A stretch of DNA of 64,000 nucleotides, from contig CATNEN010000012.1 in NCBI GenBank assembly GCA_950097015.1, forward strand, positions 806,001-870,000. The letters are read 5' to 3'. The position numbers and the translations under genes were made by a program. This DNA is from Macrostomum hystrix. Taxonomy: Eukaryota > Animalia > Platyhelminthes. This document shows, one piece after another, positions 12,001 to 23,854 of the stretch (its first letter is position 1; each line of letters opens with the position of its first letter). Below the pieces are notes generated by a model that was not told where the DNA came from, made no database searches, and was given only the letters and a program-made list of their open reading frames with translations.

Positions 12001-15000
12001 GCAAAGCACATTTGAAAAAAGTCTTACCGTCAGTTGATTAGGCAGAGACAGTCGCCAAGCCTCTCGTTCAGTTGCATGTTTAGGAAACGAAAATACTGTA
12101 ACATTCCGATCACGGTTACTATTGTAGTTTGAACAACAGAAAATAACGCTGCATTTTCTCGGCATGATATTTAGTTTCAGCTAGCAAGAATAAAAGTTCT
12201 CTTTCTCAATTGCAAGTGCATGCGAAGAACTCAATTTTCAGCTCAGATTTCTTCGCTTTCGTAGCTTTGGATGGGCCATAGAACAATGCTTTTAAACGAG
12301 CCTCATACTTTTTTCGCCATGAATTGGCTCGTTTCCGGTCCTGAGTTATTAAGTTGTCCTTGTTCCTAGGTCGAATATAAAAGCCCGTCAGTTGCTTCTG
12401 GTTTGTGCCGTAGACTAGCCAGCATTCTCAACTCTGTGACCCAAATTAGAAGCCCGCAGTCCAAACTAGAACGCAAAAATCGATATTAAAGTAATAATAA
12501 AAACTGGTGATTGATGGTGAAGGCACAAAGGCACTGGAGAAAGACATTGACGCCCGAAATAGCCTGTCTCTATTGACATTGAAAACCACAGTGAACCAGT
12601 AGTCCATTAATGACTGCTGCCAGTGCCACCCATTTGAGACGCGGCAAAATTGGCGGTCAATAATTTAGACCATTAATGACCGCTGCTGATGTCTATGGCA
12701 AACACCATGACAGACGAATCCTAGAGGTGGGAGAGAGAAAAATTGCAGAGTGTGGAAAGAGAGCCCTCTTTGTCTATGGTCAAAATCAACACAACTCGAA
12801 TCAGAGTGATATTAAGACTGTTTTCCGCCCAGAGCGAATGGAATTTAATCTGATTTTGAACGAACCGTTTTTGAGCCTACCTACGACAGATTAAGCTGGA
12901 CGAGACATGCCCATATCCGACTGGTCTGCTTCATTTATCGCAAGGGGACATCTGTGGCCTGATGATGGAACAGATTCAACAGAGAATAGAACGAGAGGCC
13001 GAGATGGAAAGAATGACGATGGAAACCCTGCCCGAGCTAGGAATAGAGGACGTGGATGAACTTCTGAAGGTATACGAAGACTCCAAAACGTAGTGCAGAT
13101 TTGGCCAGATTATCCAATGTCATCAGCAGTATTGGTTCTGAGGTCGACGAAGTTCAGGCACTGTCCGTAGCGGCACCGTTGCAAAAACTGGTGCCGAATC
13201 AAGTGACGGCACCGGGCGTCAAGTGGAAAACTGACTATCTACCTATTGCGACGTTATTCCTGTTACTATAATACATTTTCATGCAGAGAGTATCCGTAAT
13301 GGTGGTCCTCATTTGCCGCCTATATTTGTCTGTGTTTATGCCATGTTTATTACACAATCAAAAGTGCAAATATATATGTCAGAAACGCGTTGACTGCTTC
13401 CTCACGCAGAGAAAAGACAACTTTTTGCCATAGACAAAACGTGAGTCGCAGAATTCATTAATGACCGCTAAGAGCGGTTTTCAATGTAATGTAAGAATGA
13501 CTTGATTCAGATTCAGTGTTATTATATTACCTCCTGGTTGGGATTTTTGTGAGTAATAAGTACCGACATAAATTAATTAATTGGAGTACTGAAATTTGCC
13601 ATGCCGATTACTAGCAATTGTATGGGTAGTTTATAACTATATATTATAACTTCCCAGTTTCAATTATGTGCTAAAATGTCGAAAATTATATTTCTAAATC
13701 TACCTATAAAATGTTATATAGGCTAAAATTAACGTCGTTTACTCGTTAAATGTAAAAAAATATTTTTTTCAATACTATTTGTACTCAATAAAAACTCAAT
13801 TTTGAGTCGATTCTTACTAAAAAGTCCATCTCGCACACCACAGCGCAAACTGTGCAAAAAACAACTATAAAATGACTGATGAAAATTGGCCTTCAATAGC
13901 GATTTGATGGCTATAAGATGTATGACGGTGAAAGTTTAAAAACACAAATAACATAAAAAATCCTTCTCAACACTCTGGAATTAAGTGCGTTATTAAAACG
14001 TATGTTAGTATAGGCTGTCTAATACCCTGGTCGGTTAGAGAAAGCTTTTCAATGTCATTATAAGTTAGCAGAAGGATAAACTGCGTATCTCAGTGAAATT
14101 AGATTCCCTTCTCATCTTGAACTACCACACCGCAGACTTCGGTGTGCGAGCGCATAATGCAGCAGATTTCTGGGCCGCCGCACCTGCCTAGCCGTGTTGA
14201 CATTATTAGTATGAGCTCTTTTTATCGGCGGCTGACTGACAGTGAGCTGGAGGCTGCGCACGCTGGGTTGTTCAATTTCGACCATCCTGGTGAGTTACAA
14301 CTTTTACCGCTTCACCAGCATAGTCTATGGCATTCAGCCTGGAACAATAGACAGAAAATCTTCCGCGAGTCATTCTGGTGTTGTTTATATTGTCACTTTC
14401 CATTTTGAGGGATTGTGGAACCTTAGTTGTCAGCTTTTTATAAGCATTTTGCTTCCGCCTGGATTGATCAAATACCTATTGCCCATACTGCCTAGACACC
14501 TCAAATCTCTATTGCCCATACTGCCTAGACACCTCAAATCTCTATTGCCCATACTGCCTAGACACCTCAAATCTCTATTGCCCATACTGCCTAGACACCT
14601 CAAATCTCTATTGCCCATAGCTGCCTAGACACCTCAAATCTCTATTGCCCATGCTGCCTAGACACCTCAAATCTCTATTGCCCATACTGCCTAGACACCT
14701 CAAATCTCTATTGCCCATGCTGCCTAGACACCTCAAATCTCTATTGCCCATGCTGCCTAGACACCTCAAATCTCTATTGCCCATACTGCCTAGACACCTC
14801 AAATCTCTATTGCCCATGCTGCCTAGACACCTCAAATCTCTATTGCCCATGCTGCCTAGACACCTCAAATCTCTATTGCCCATGCTGCCTAGACACCTCA
14901 AATCTCTATTGCCCATACTGCCTAGACACCTCAAATCTCTATTGCCCATGCTGCCTAGACACCTCAAATCTCTATTGCCCATACTGCCTAGACACCTCAA

Positions 15001-18000
15001 ATCTCTATTGCCCATGCTGCCTAGACACCTCAAATCTCTATTGCCCATACTGCCTAGACAGTTCCAGTGTTGCCATCACAGCGATTTTTGTTATAAATTA
15101 TTATTATTTGTTTGACTAGGCTAGTAATGAAGTCGGTGACTTATTACGGGATGATTGAGCCGTGATGCGTATCAAAGTATGCAGCAAGTGCTTCAAAGCT
15201 TAACCAATACAATGTATCCGATATGTATCGAAAGGTCTCTGTCTTTCTCACTGGCTCATATATAATACTCACTCACTGTCTCTCTCTCACTAAGGAGATA
15301 GAGACTGTGAGGGCGATTTTCGATGAAGCCCGGAAGGCGATTCTCAATGAGGCTAGGATGCTTCGATTGTCTGGGATTCAAGTGCGATTTCTACCGACCA
15401 AGAAACAAGAAGGAGTGAACTGAAGACTGAAATATTGAACTGAACAGATTGAAAAGAAAAGACTGAACAGCGCAGTCATTAGAAACATACAAGCGCTCAA
15501 GTGCGAGACGAGCTGCTGAGAATTCAAGCTGGCCCGGTTGCACAGAACAGTTTATTTGCAAAACGAATTTTTTACGTTGGCATAAATGAACGAAACATTT
15601 CAATTAACGACAAACATATTATCGGATCTGCCAAGTCAACCGAAGTCAACTTCATTGCGTTCGGAGCTGAGCTAGCTACCAATGGCCGGTGCCTCCCTCA
15701 CCGCTGGTCCCATATATCCTCTTGCATCCCTCTTCCAGCTCATCCTCTACGGGATCCGCCCTGTTCTTGCTCATCTCCCACTGCACTATCTGCCCCCTTC
15801 CAGCTCGTTCCCCAAAGGACCGTCTTCTTCCAGACATTCAGTTTCGACGCTTCTGGCTTGCCATTGTGCCATTGAGGAACATTTAGGGCAACTAAAAGCA
15901 TGACGAAATTGAAGCCCCAAACGCGTAGTTTTTTTAAATGTGTAGAGCAAACAAACAATATTCAACATTTGAAAACAAAAACAAATACTGACTGAATAAA
16001 GCCAGAGACAAAAAGTAAAAATTTCTTGGAATTTTAGCGAATGTGCATGGCCTTCCTAAAGTAGAGGACAAACAGGTTAAAGATAAATATTGGTGGACAG
16101 CAAAAACAGCGGAGCCGTCAAGTGTCAAGCATTGAGAAGGGAAAACAATGGAACTGGCTAAGGCCCGCCAATCAAGGTATGACAGTGATGAAACATTGCT
16201 CAATGCTAATAACTTGGTTATAAGGGTTTGAATCAAGGACTTCTATAAATAGCATCTGGACTGGAAGCTCCCCAACCCCCCCCTTACCTCTGGAGGCCAC
16301 TCCATATTATGCTTTTCTTTTGCTTTTCTCTCATTTCTGGCTCTCTGAAACCCATATTGAACGGACGTCACAACCTGCACTGATAAGTGATTTAATAGCA
16401 TTAGCATGCAAAACATTTATTTCATTCCAAACAATAGCTATAATTACACAAAATTTGCACTTCAAAAAGAATAAAATACGTAAAAAGTAATGAATTGGCA
16501 TTCATGTGAAAAAGCAAGACATGATAACGGCTTCTAAAAAATCACGCAATTTAAAAACGACTATTCGTGCTAATGATGGCATTTCGTGCTAAGTTTAAAA
16601 GGATTGATCTATCGGAAAAGTCAGCTGCTTCTGGAGTCAATTCATTGCGGTTCAATTCATTCAGCCAGCTGTTATCAAGGAGAAGATTATCCAGAAAGTG
16701 GACTTTAAGAGCTCTGCCATTCAACTCCCGCTTGATGAAATAATGGTGGGTTCCGAAGCGAAGGACCTGCAATGGTCCAATGGTCCCAGTGCCAGACCGC
16801 AACTATTCGCCTTCAAGCAGGTGTACGTCAGCCTGGCTATGTACTTAAAGACGCATTTGCCGTCCGCCTCAAGGATTTTGAGGAGCCTGACGTTTTTAGA
16901 TACGTCCCTTCCCATTGACGAAAAAAGTGTTCTTTATGTAGCTAACAGCCTGCCGAAGGTCATTCCACCCACTTTTTTATTTACTTACAACACTTTATAC
17001 TTTGACTGACCAGTGACTGGCTTTTGCTGACGAAAAGTTAATCAAATAATTTTTCATTATTCCTTTTAAGTTTCTAAATCTTTTGGTTGACATTGACAAT
17101 AAATATAAAGGCAGAACACAATTAGTGCACAATACGCTGATTAGTGAGCTTCAAAATTAGCAGCGATTTTTTTAGTTCCCTGCGATTTTTTCGACCCAAG
17201 TATCGGTGGCAACACTGCTATACTCCTCAAATCCCTATTGCCCAAACTGCCTAGACACCTCAAATCCCTATTGCCCAAACTGCCTAGACACCTCAAATCC
17301 CTATTGCCCACACTGCCTAGACTCCTCAAATCCCTATTGCCCACACTGCCTAGACTCCTCAAATCCCTATTGCCCCACACTGCCTAGACACCTCAAATCC
17401 CTATTGCCCCACACTGCCTAGACTCCTCAAATCCCTATTGCCCCACACTGCCTAGACTCCTCAAATCCCTATTGCCCCACACTGCCTAGACTCCTCAAAT
17501 CTCTATTGCCCCACACTGCCTAGACTCCTCAAATCCCTATTGCCCCACACTGCCTAGACACCTCAAATCCCTATTGCCCCACACTGCCTAGACTCCTCAA
17601 ATCCCTATTGCCCCACACTGCCTAGACTCCTCAAATCCCTATTGCCCCACACTGCCTAGACTCCTCAAATCCCTATTGCCCCACACTGCCTAGACACCTC
17701 AAATCCCTATTGCCCCACACTGCCTAGACTCCTCAAATCCCTATTGCCCCACACTGCCTAGACTCCTCAAATCCCTATTGCCCCACACTGCCTAGACTCC
17801 TCAAATCTCTATTGCCCCACACTGCCTAGACTCCTCAAATCCATATTGCCCCACACTGCCTAGACACCTCAAATCCCTATTGCCCCACACTGCCTAGACT
17901 CCTCAAATCCCTATTGCCCCACACTGCCTAGACTCCTCAAATCCCTATTGCCCCACACTGCCTAGACTCCTCAAATCCCTATTGCCCCACACTGCCTAGA

Positions 18001-19396
18001 CACCTCAAATCCCTATTGCCCCACACTGCCTAGACTCCTCAAATCCCTATTGCCCCACACTGCCTAGACACCTCAAATCCCTATTGCCCCACACTGCCTA
18101 GACTCCTCAAATCCCTATTGCCCCACACTGCCTAGACACCTCAAATCCCTATTGCCCCACACTGCCTAGACTCCTCAAATCCCTATTGCCCCACACTGCC
18201 TAGACTCCTCAAATCCCTATTGCCCCACACTGCCTAGACTCCTCAAATCCGTATTGCCCATATTCCCTAGACTCCTCAAATACCTATCACTTTAATCCCG
18301 AGGCTCTTAAGATCCCTATTGTTCACAATCCCTAGGCTCTTAAGATCCCTATTGTTCACAATCCCTTCGCTCTCTAGATCCCTATTGTTAAAGCTCACCA
18401 GACTCCCTAAATCACATTTCTCCACTATACCGACTCCTCAAATCCCTATTAATTGTCCATAATCCCCAGAATCGTCGAATCCCTATTCCGCTATCCCGAC
18501 TCTTCAAATCCCAATCGTCCGTGCTCCCCAGACTCATTGGATCCCCATCTGTCTTCCCATTAGACGCATTCGATTTCGATCTAATGCTGGCCACCCTGCG
18601 TGACGTCCGATGCGGCAGTCCGGTCCGAGTTCCCGAATACGACCCCGCTTTGAGCACGGCGCAGCCGGAACGGCACCGGGATCTGGCTATGGTGGATGTG
18701 CTCCTGGTGGAAGGCATCCTGCTATTCTATCTGCCCCAGCTGCGGGACCTGTTCGATGTCAAACTGTTTGTCGACTGCGACTCGGACACGCGTCTAGCCA
18801 GGCGAGTGACATTTTCTAATACAGTGCCCGAAATGACGAATAGCATTTTCAAAATAAGAATGTCATTTTTAAGTTCGAATGACATTTTAAAAAATCGAAT
18901 GATATTTAAAAAATTGTAATGACAAAATGTCAATTAAAAAATACGAATGACAATGTCCGTAATCAGACAGGCATTGTTCAAATCAAGGGTCAAATTTCAT
19001 TAAAACCTAAATTATATTTGAAGTCTTGAAAAACGAATCTCAGAATATCAGAAGTGCAGCGAACAAAGACTGCTGAGTGACATAATCCAGCGGCCTATGA
19101 CTTGCAGGCGAGTTCGGACGGACCTGGCCAGGGATCGCAGCCTGGTGTCCATCCTCAGCTACTATTCCGAGTTTGTCAAGCCGGGCTTCGAGGCCTTCTG
19201 CCTGCCAACCAAGAAGTACGCCGACCTGGTGCTGCCGCGCGGACCGGATAACACCGTGGCCGTCGAGCTCATGGCGCCGCACATCAGGGACTTCATGGCC
19301 GAGGCCACCCGTCAGAGCAACGGCACTTCGGGCTGCGGACAGGCCACCGAGCTGGCCGCCGCGGTGCAGCCGCCTCACGTGTCTCGGCCGCACTGA
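5966..19396 (+). CDS. UCK: Uridine-cytidine kinase homologue, 245 aa, divergent active site
   Basis: Exons 5966-6022 (MSDKQTILIGVAGGSSSGK, P-loop), 14136-14289 (TSVCERIM...SMSSFYRRLT...FNFDHP), 18564-18801 (DAFDFDLM...VEGILLFY...KLFVDCDSDTRLAR), 19108-19396 (RVRTD...FVKPGFEAFCLPTKKYADLVLPRGPDNTVAVELM...stop). Total 738 nt, phases 0,1,2 consistent; third intron is GC-AG. Confidence 0.92.
9011..9891. mobile_element. Foldback/MITE-like element with ~190-bp diverged inverted arms
   Basis: 9011-9199 (GCTTATTCCCACAGT...TTATCCACACAGCAG) is the reverse complement, with scattered mismatches, of 9703-9891. Each arm has two GGATCCATG/TTATCCACA subrepeats. No TSD seen. Confidence 0.7.
11488..12384. mobile_element. 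MITE-like element with ~110-bp near-perfect inverted arms
   Basis: 11505-11598 (CAAGGACAACTTAATAACTCAGG...GGCCCATCC) matches the reverse complement of 12269-12362; outer ends differ by small indels. ~670-bp spacer; no TSD seen. Confidence 0.75.
12576..13487. mobile_element. Degenerate TIR element
   Basis: 12-bp perfect inverted termini ACATTGAAAACC (12576-12587) / GGTTTTCAATGT (13476-13487); inverted subterminal GTCTATGGCAAA / TTTGCCATAGAC; CATTAATGAC at both ends. Confidence 0.5.
14476..15060. repeat. 33-bp minisatellite (~18 copies), UCK intron 2
   Basis: CTGCCTAGACACCTCAAATCTCTATTGCCCAT(A/G). Confidence 0.97.
15065..17217. mobile_element. Decayed cut-and-paste DNA transposon, probably hAT-like
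   Basis: 11-bp TIRs CAGTGTTGCCA (15065-15075) and TGGCAACACTG (17207-17217), subterminal GCGATTTT motifs, interrupted ORF fragments inside. No 8-bp TSD visible. Confidence 0.65.
16640..17009 (+). pseudogene. Transposase relic (hAT-like C-terminal half)
   Basis: Frame reads QFIQPAVIKEKIIQKVDFKSSAIQLPLDEIMVGSEAKDL...YLKTHLPSASRILRSLTFLD...VANSLPKVIP. It resembles, from memory, the C-terminal region of hAT-related transposases; the rest of the element has stops and frameshifts. Confidence 0.5.
17218..18290. repeat. 34-bp minisatellite (~31 copies), same family as 14476-15060
   Basis: CTGCCTAGA(C/A)TCCTCAAATCCCTATTGCCCCACA-type units; degenerate copies continue toward the exon-3 acceptor at 18563. 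Confidence 0.97.
18802..19107 (+). other. GC-AG intron of UCK
   Basis: AG|GCGAGT donor and TTGCAG|G acceptor form the only canonical-type pair that keeps the RLARRVRTD frame. Confidence 0.8.
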
Positions 19397-19435
19397 CCCC
19401 GGCCTAGAGTTTGACACTTGATTGGACACAGCTGG

Positions 19436-21718
19436 CTTTTTAGTCTTGCTGTGAAAAAAAACAGGTGGGTTTTGAGGCTCGGAGTGAAGAACAGGTGGTT
19501 TTAGAGACGCGGTGTGAAGAACAGGTGGATTTTGAGGCTCGGTGTAAAAAACAGGTGGATTTTGAGGCTCGGTGTGAAGAACAGGTGGATTTTGAGGCTC
19601 GGTGTGAAGAACAGGTGGCTTTTTAGTCTTGCTGTGAAAAAAACAGGTGGGTTTTGAGGCTCGGTGTGAAGAACAGGTGGATTTTGAGGCTCGGTGTGAA
19701 GAACAGGTGGGTTTTGAGGCTCGGTGTAAAGAACAGGTGGGTTTTGAGGCTCGGAGTGAAGAACAGGTGGTTTTAGAGACGCGGTGTGAAGAACAGGTGG
19801 ATTTTGAGGCTCGGTGTGAAGAACAGGTGGATTTTGAGGCTCGGTGTGAAGAACAGGTGGGTTTTGAGGCTGGGTGTGAAGAACAGGTGGATTTTGAGGC
19901 TCGGTGTAAAAAACAGGTGGATTTTGAGGCTTGGTGTGAAGAACAGGTGGATTTTGAGGCTCGGTGTGAAGAACAGGTGGCTTTTTAGTCTTGCTGTGAA
20001 AAAAACAGGTGGGTTTTGAGGCTGGGTGTGAAGAACAGTTGGATTTTGAGGCTGTTTGTGAAGAACAGGTGGGTTTTGAGGCTGGGTGTGAAGAACAGGT
20101 GGGTTTTGAGGCTGGGTGTGAAGAACAGGTGGGTTTTGAGTCTGGGTGTGAAGAACAGGTGGGTTTTGAGGCTGGGTGTGAAGAACAGGTGGGTTTTGAG
20201 GCTGGGTGTGAAGAACAGGTGGGTTTTGAGGCTCGGTGTGAAGAACAGGTAGGTTTTGAGGCTGGGTGTGAAGAACAGGTGGGTTTTGAGGCTGGGTGTG
20301 AAGAACAGGTGGGTTTTGAGGCTGGGTGTGAAGAACAGGTGGGTTTTGAGGCTGGGTGTGAAGAACAGGTGGGTTTTGAGGCTCGGTGTGAAGAACAGGT
20401 AGGTTTTGAGGCTGGGTGTGAAGAACAGGTGGGTTTTGAGGCTGGGTGTGAAGAACAGGTGGGTTTTGAGGCTCGGTGTGAAGAACAGGTGGGTTTTGAG
20501 GCTGGGTGTGAAGAACAGGTGGATTTTGAGGCTCGGTGTAAAAAACAGGTGGATTTTGAGGCTCGGTGTGAAGAACAGGTGGGTTTTGAGGCTCGGAGTG
20601 AAGAACAGGTGGTTTTAGAGACGCGGTGTGAAGAACAGGTGGATTTTGAGGCTCGGTGTAAAAAACAGGTGGATTTTGAGGCTCGGTGTGAAGAACAGGT
20701 GGGTTTTGAGGCTCGGAGTGAAGAACAGGTGGTTTTAGAGACGCGGTGTGAAGAACAGGAGGATTTTGAGGCTCGGTGTAAAAAACAGGTGGATTTTGAG
20801 GCTCGGTGTGAAGAACAGGTGGATTTTGAGGCTCGGTGTGAAGAACAGGTGGCTTTTTAGTCTTGCTGTGAAAAAAACAGGTGGGTTTTGAGGCTCGGTG
20901 TGAAGAACAGGTGGGTTTTGAGGCTCGGTGTGAAGAACAGGTGGCTTTTTAGTCTTGCTGTGAAAAAAACAGGTGGGTTTTGAGGCTCGGTGTGAAGAAC
21001 AGGTGGATTTTGAGGCTCGGTGTGAAGAACAGGTGGGTTTTGAGGCTCGGAGTGAAGAACAGGTGGTTTTAGAGACGCGGTGTGAAGAACAGGAGGATTT
21101 TGAGGCTCGGTGTAAAAAACAGGTGGATTTTGAGGCTCGGTGTGAAGAACAGGTGGGTTTTGAGGCTCGGAGTGAAGAACAGGTGGTTTTAGAGACGCGG
21201 TGTGAAGAACAGGAGGATTTTGAGGCTCGGTGTAAAAAACAGGTGGATTTTGAGGCTCGGTGTGAAGAACAGGTGGATTTTGAGGCTCGGTGTGAAGAAC
21301 AGGTGGCTTTTTAGTCTTGCTGTGAAAAAAACAGGTGGGTTTTGAGGCTCGGTGTGAAGAACAGGTGGGTTTTGAGGCTCGGTGTGAAGAACAGGTGGGT
21401 TTTAAAGCTCGGAGTGAAGAACAGGTGGTTTTAGAGACGCGGTGTGAAGAACAGGTGGCTTTTGAGGCTCGGTGTAAAAAACAGGTGGATTTTGAGGCCC
21501 GGTGTGAAGAACAGGTGGGTTTTGAGGCTCGGAGTGAAGAACAGGTGGTTTTAGAGACGCGGTGTGAAGAACAGGTGGATTTTGAGGCTCGGTGTGAAGA
21601 ACAGGTGGATTTTGAGGCTCGGTGTGAAGAACAGGTGGGTTTTGAGGCTGGGTGTGAAGAACAGGTGGGTTTTGAGGCTGGGTGTGAAGAACAGGTGGGT
21701 TTTGAGGCTCGGTGTGAA
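19436..21718. repeat. 30-bp minisatellite (~75 copies) starting ~40 bp after the UCK stop
   Basis: GAAGAACAGGTGG(G/A)TTTTGAGGCTCGGTGT, with a recurrent variant GGCTTTTTAGTCTTGCTGTGAAAAAAACAG. Confidence 0.97.
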
Positions 21719-22289
21719 GGCTTATTTTATCAATATTTAACTGCATTATCTACACCGATCTCGCTTCTCAATCTCTGATGTTTTAGCACTGTCAAGTCAA
21801 TAATAAATTTTATTAAAGCAAATTTACATTTCACGCTGCCAATACCTGCTGAAAAAACTTTTTTTCAAATTTTCCTACTTTTTTAACCACCGTGCAATAC
21901 TACTAAGGCTCCTTCAGTAGTGCCTGCGTTTTCAGCGTCTTGTTGGATTTTTACTGGCGTTTTTTAACTTATCATGCTTTGATGTGCTCACATAGATTGC
22001 CTTTCAGTAGAGCATTTCAATCGGTGCAATCGGTTTCATTTTTAGATGCTCACACAAGTAACAGTAATTGTCATAAAGGTTGATAGCTTTTTGGTTGTGA
22101 AACTAAATGACTTAACAAATAAACGGTTCTACTCTGTTTTGATTTTGAACGCTAAAAATGAAGTGCTCTGTAAGGGCTGCTGTTGAGTCTCCATAATTGA
22201 GACACGCCTTGTGGCCTTATTTCTTTCTGTGCTCGCTTCTGTACGCATTATTGCTCTTTGTTTCTGGTCAACAGCCTTCACTTGCAACT

Positions 22290-23330
22290 TATTTACTCCA
22301 ATCCATCTCTCTCCAATCCACCTCTCTCCAATCCACCCCTCTCCAATCCACCTCTCTCCAATCCACCCCTCTCCAATCCACCTCTCTCCAATCCACCTCT
22401 CTATTATCCACCTCTCTCGAATCCATCTCTCTCCAATCCACCTCTCTCCAATCCACCCCTCTCCAATCCATCTCTCTCCAATCCACCTCTCTCCAATCCA
22501 CCTCTCTCCAATCCACCTCTCTCCAATCCACCTCTCTCCAATCCATCTCTCTCCAATGCACCTGTCTCCAATCCACCTCTCTCCAATCCACCTCTCTCCA
22601 ATCCACCTCTCTATTATCCACCTCTCTCGAATCCACCTCTCTCGAATCCATCTCTCTCCAATCCACCTCTCTCCAATCCACCTCTCTCCAATCCACCTCT
22701 CTCCAATCCACCTCTCTCCAATCCACCTCTCTCCAATCCACCTCTCTCCAATCCACGTGTCTCCAATCCACCTGTCTCTAATTCACCTGTCTCCAATCCA
22801 CCTCTCTCTAATTCACCTGTCTCCAATCCACCTCTCTCCAATCCATCTCTCTCCAATCCATCTCTCTCCAATCCACCTCTCTCCAATCCACCTCTCTCCA
22901 ATCCACCTCTCTCCAATCCACCTGTCTCTAATTCACCTGTCTCCAATCCACCTGTCTCTAATTCACCTGTCTCCAATCCACCTCTCTCTAATTCACCTGT
23001 CTCCAATCCACCTCTCTCTAATTCACCTGTCTCCAATCCACCCCTCTCCAATCCACCTCTCTCCAATCCACCTCTCTATTATCCACCTCTCTCGAATCCA
23101 TCTCTCTCCAATCCACCTCTCTCCAATCCATCTCTCTCCAATGCACCTGTCTCCAACCCACCTCTCTCTAATTCACCTGTCTCCAATCCACCTCTCTCTA
23201 ATCCACCTCTCTCTAATCCACCTCTCTCTAATCCACCTCTCTCTAATTCACCTGTCTCCAATCCACCTCTCTCTAATTCACCTGTCTCCAACCCACCTCT
23301 TTCTAATTCACCTGTCTCCAATCCACCTCT
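22290..23330. repeat. 15-bp minisatellite (~69 copies)
   Basis: CCACCTCTCTCCAAT and variants. Confidence 0.97.
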
Positions 23331-23854
23331 TTATTCAGCAATTTCGCACTTTCACTCACTGTGAACCGTGGAGGACATGGTATTGTTAACAAGCAAGCCG
23401 AATGCAAGAGCTGCAAAAACAACAGATGGCGGAAATCTTTTTTAGTTACTAAATTTAAACACTTTTCTGCCAGTCTCATTGCTGCGAAAACAAGTAGCCC
23501 ATTGTATAGAAATAAATGTTTTGAGAGTGAGTCAACAACTAACAACACTACACTTAATTTAGCAGTAGAAATCCACTCAGTGCATCTGTGTTGTTTCATA
23601 GCAAAATGTTCTTGCTGACCCTGTTTTGGTCAGTCTAATGCGACGCGAGATGACACTGTCTTGCTGCTAGCGAGACAATATGTTGATGACTTGATGTCGA
23701 ATTAGTATAGTTGTTTACTGCACATTTCCAGTGTGCTTCACACTTGACCATTAGGCCTTTCAGCCTTCTGCGCTTTCATCGCATAATTTGCCTGTGACTA
23801 TTGTTCATACTTACGTTCTTATCTCACCTGTATCCCACCTATGTCCTTATATCC

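Noticed and set aside
18806-19107. Canonical GT donor at 18806 for UCK intron 3
   Set aside because: Joining it to either downstream AG (19107 or 19112) shifts the frame and loses the conserved FVKP..PTKKYAD region.
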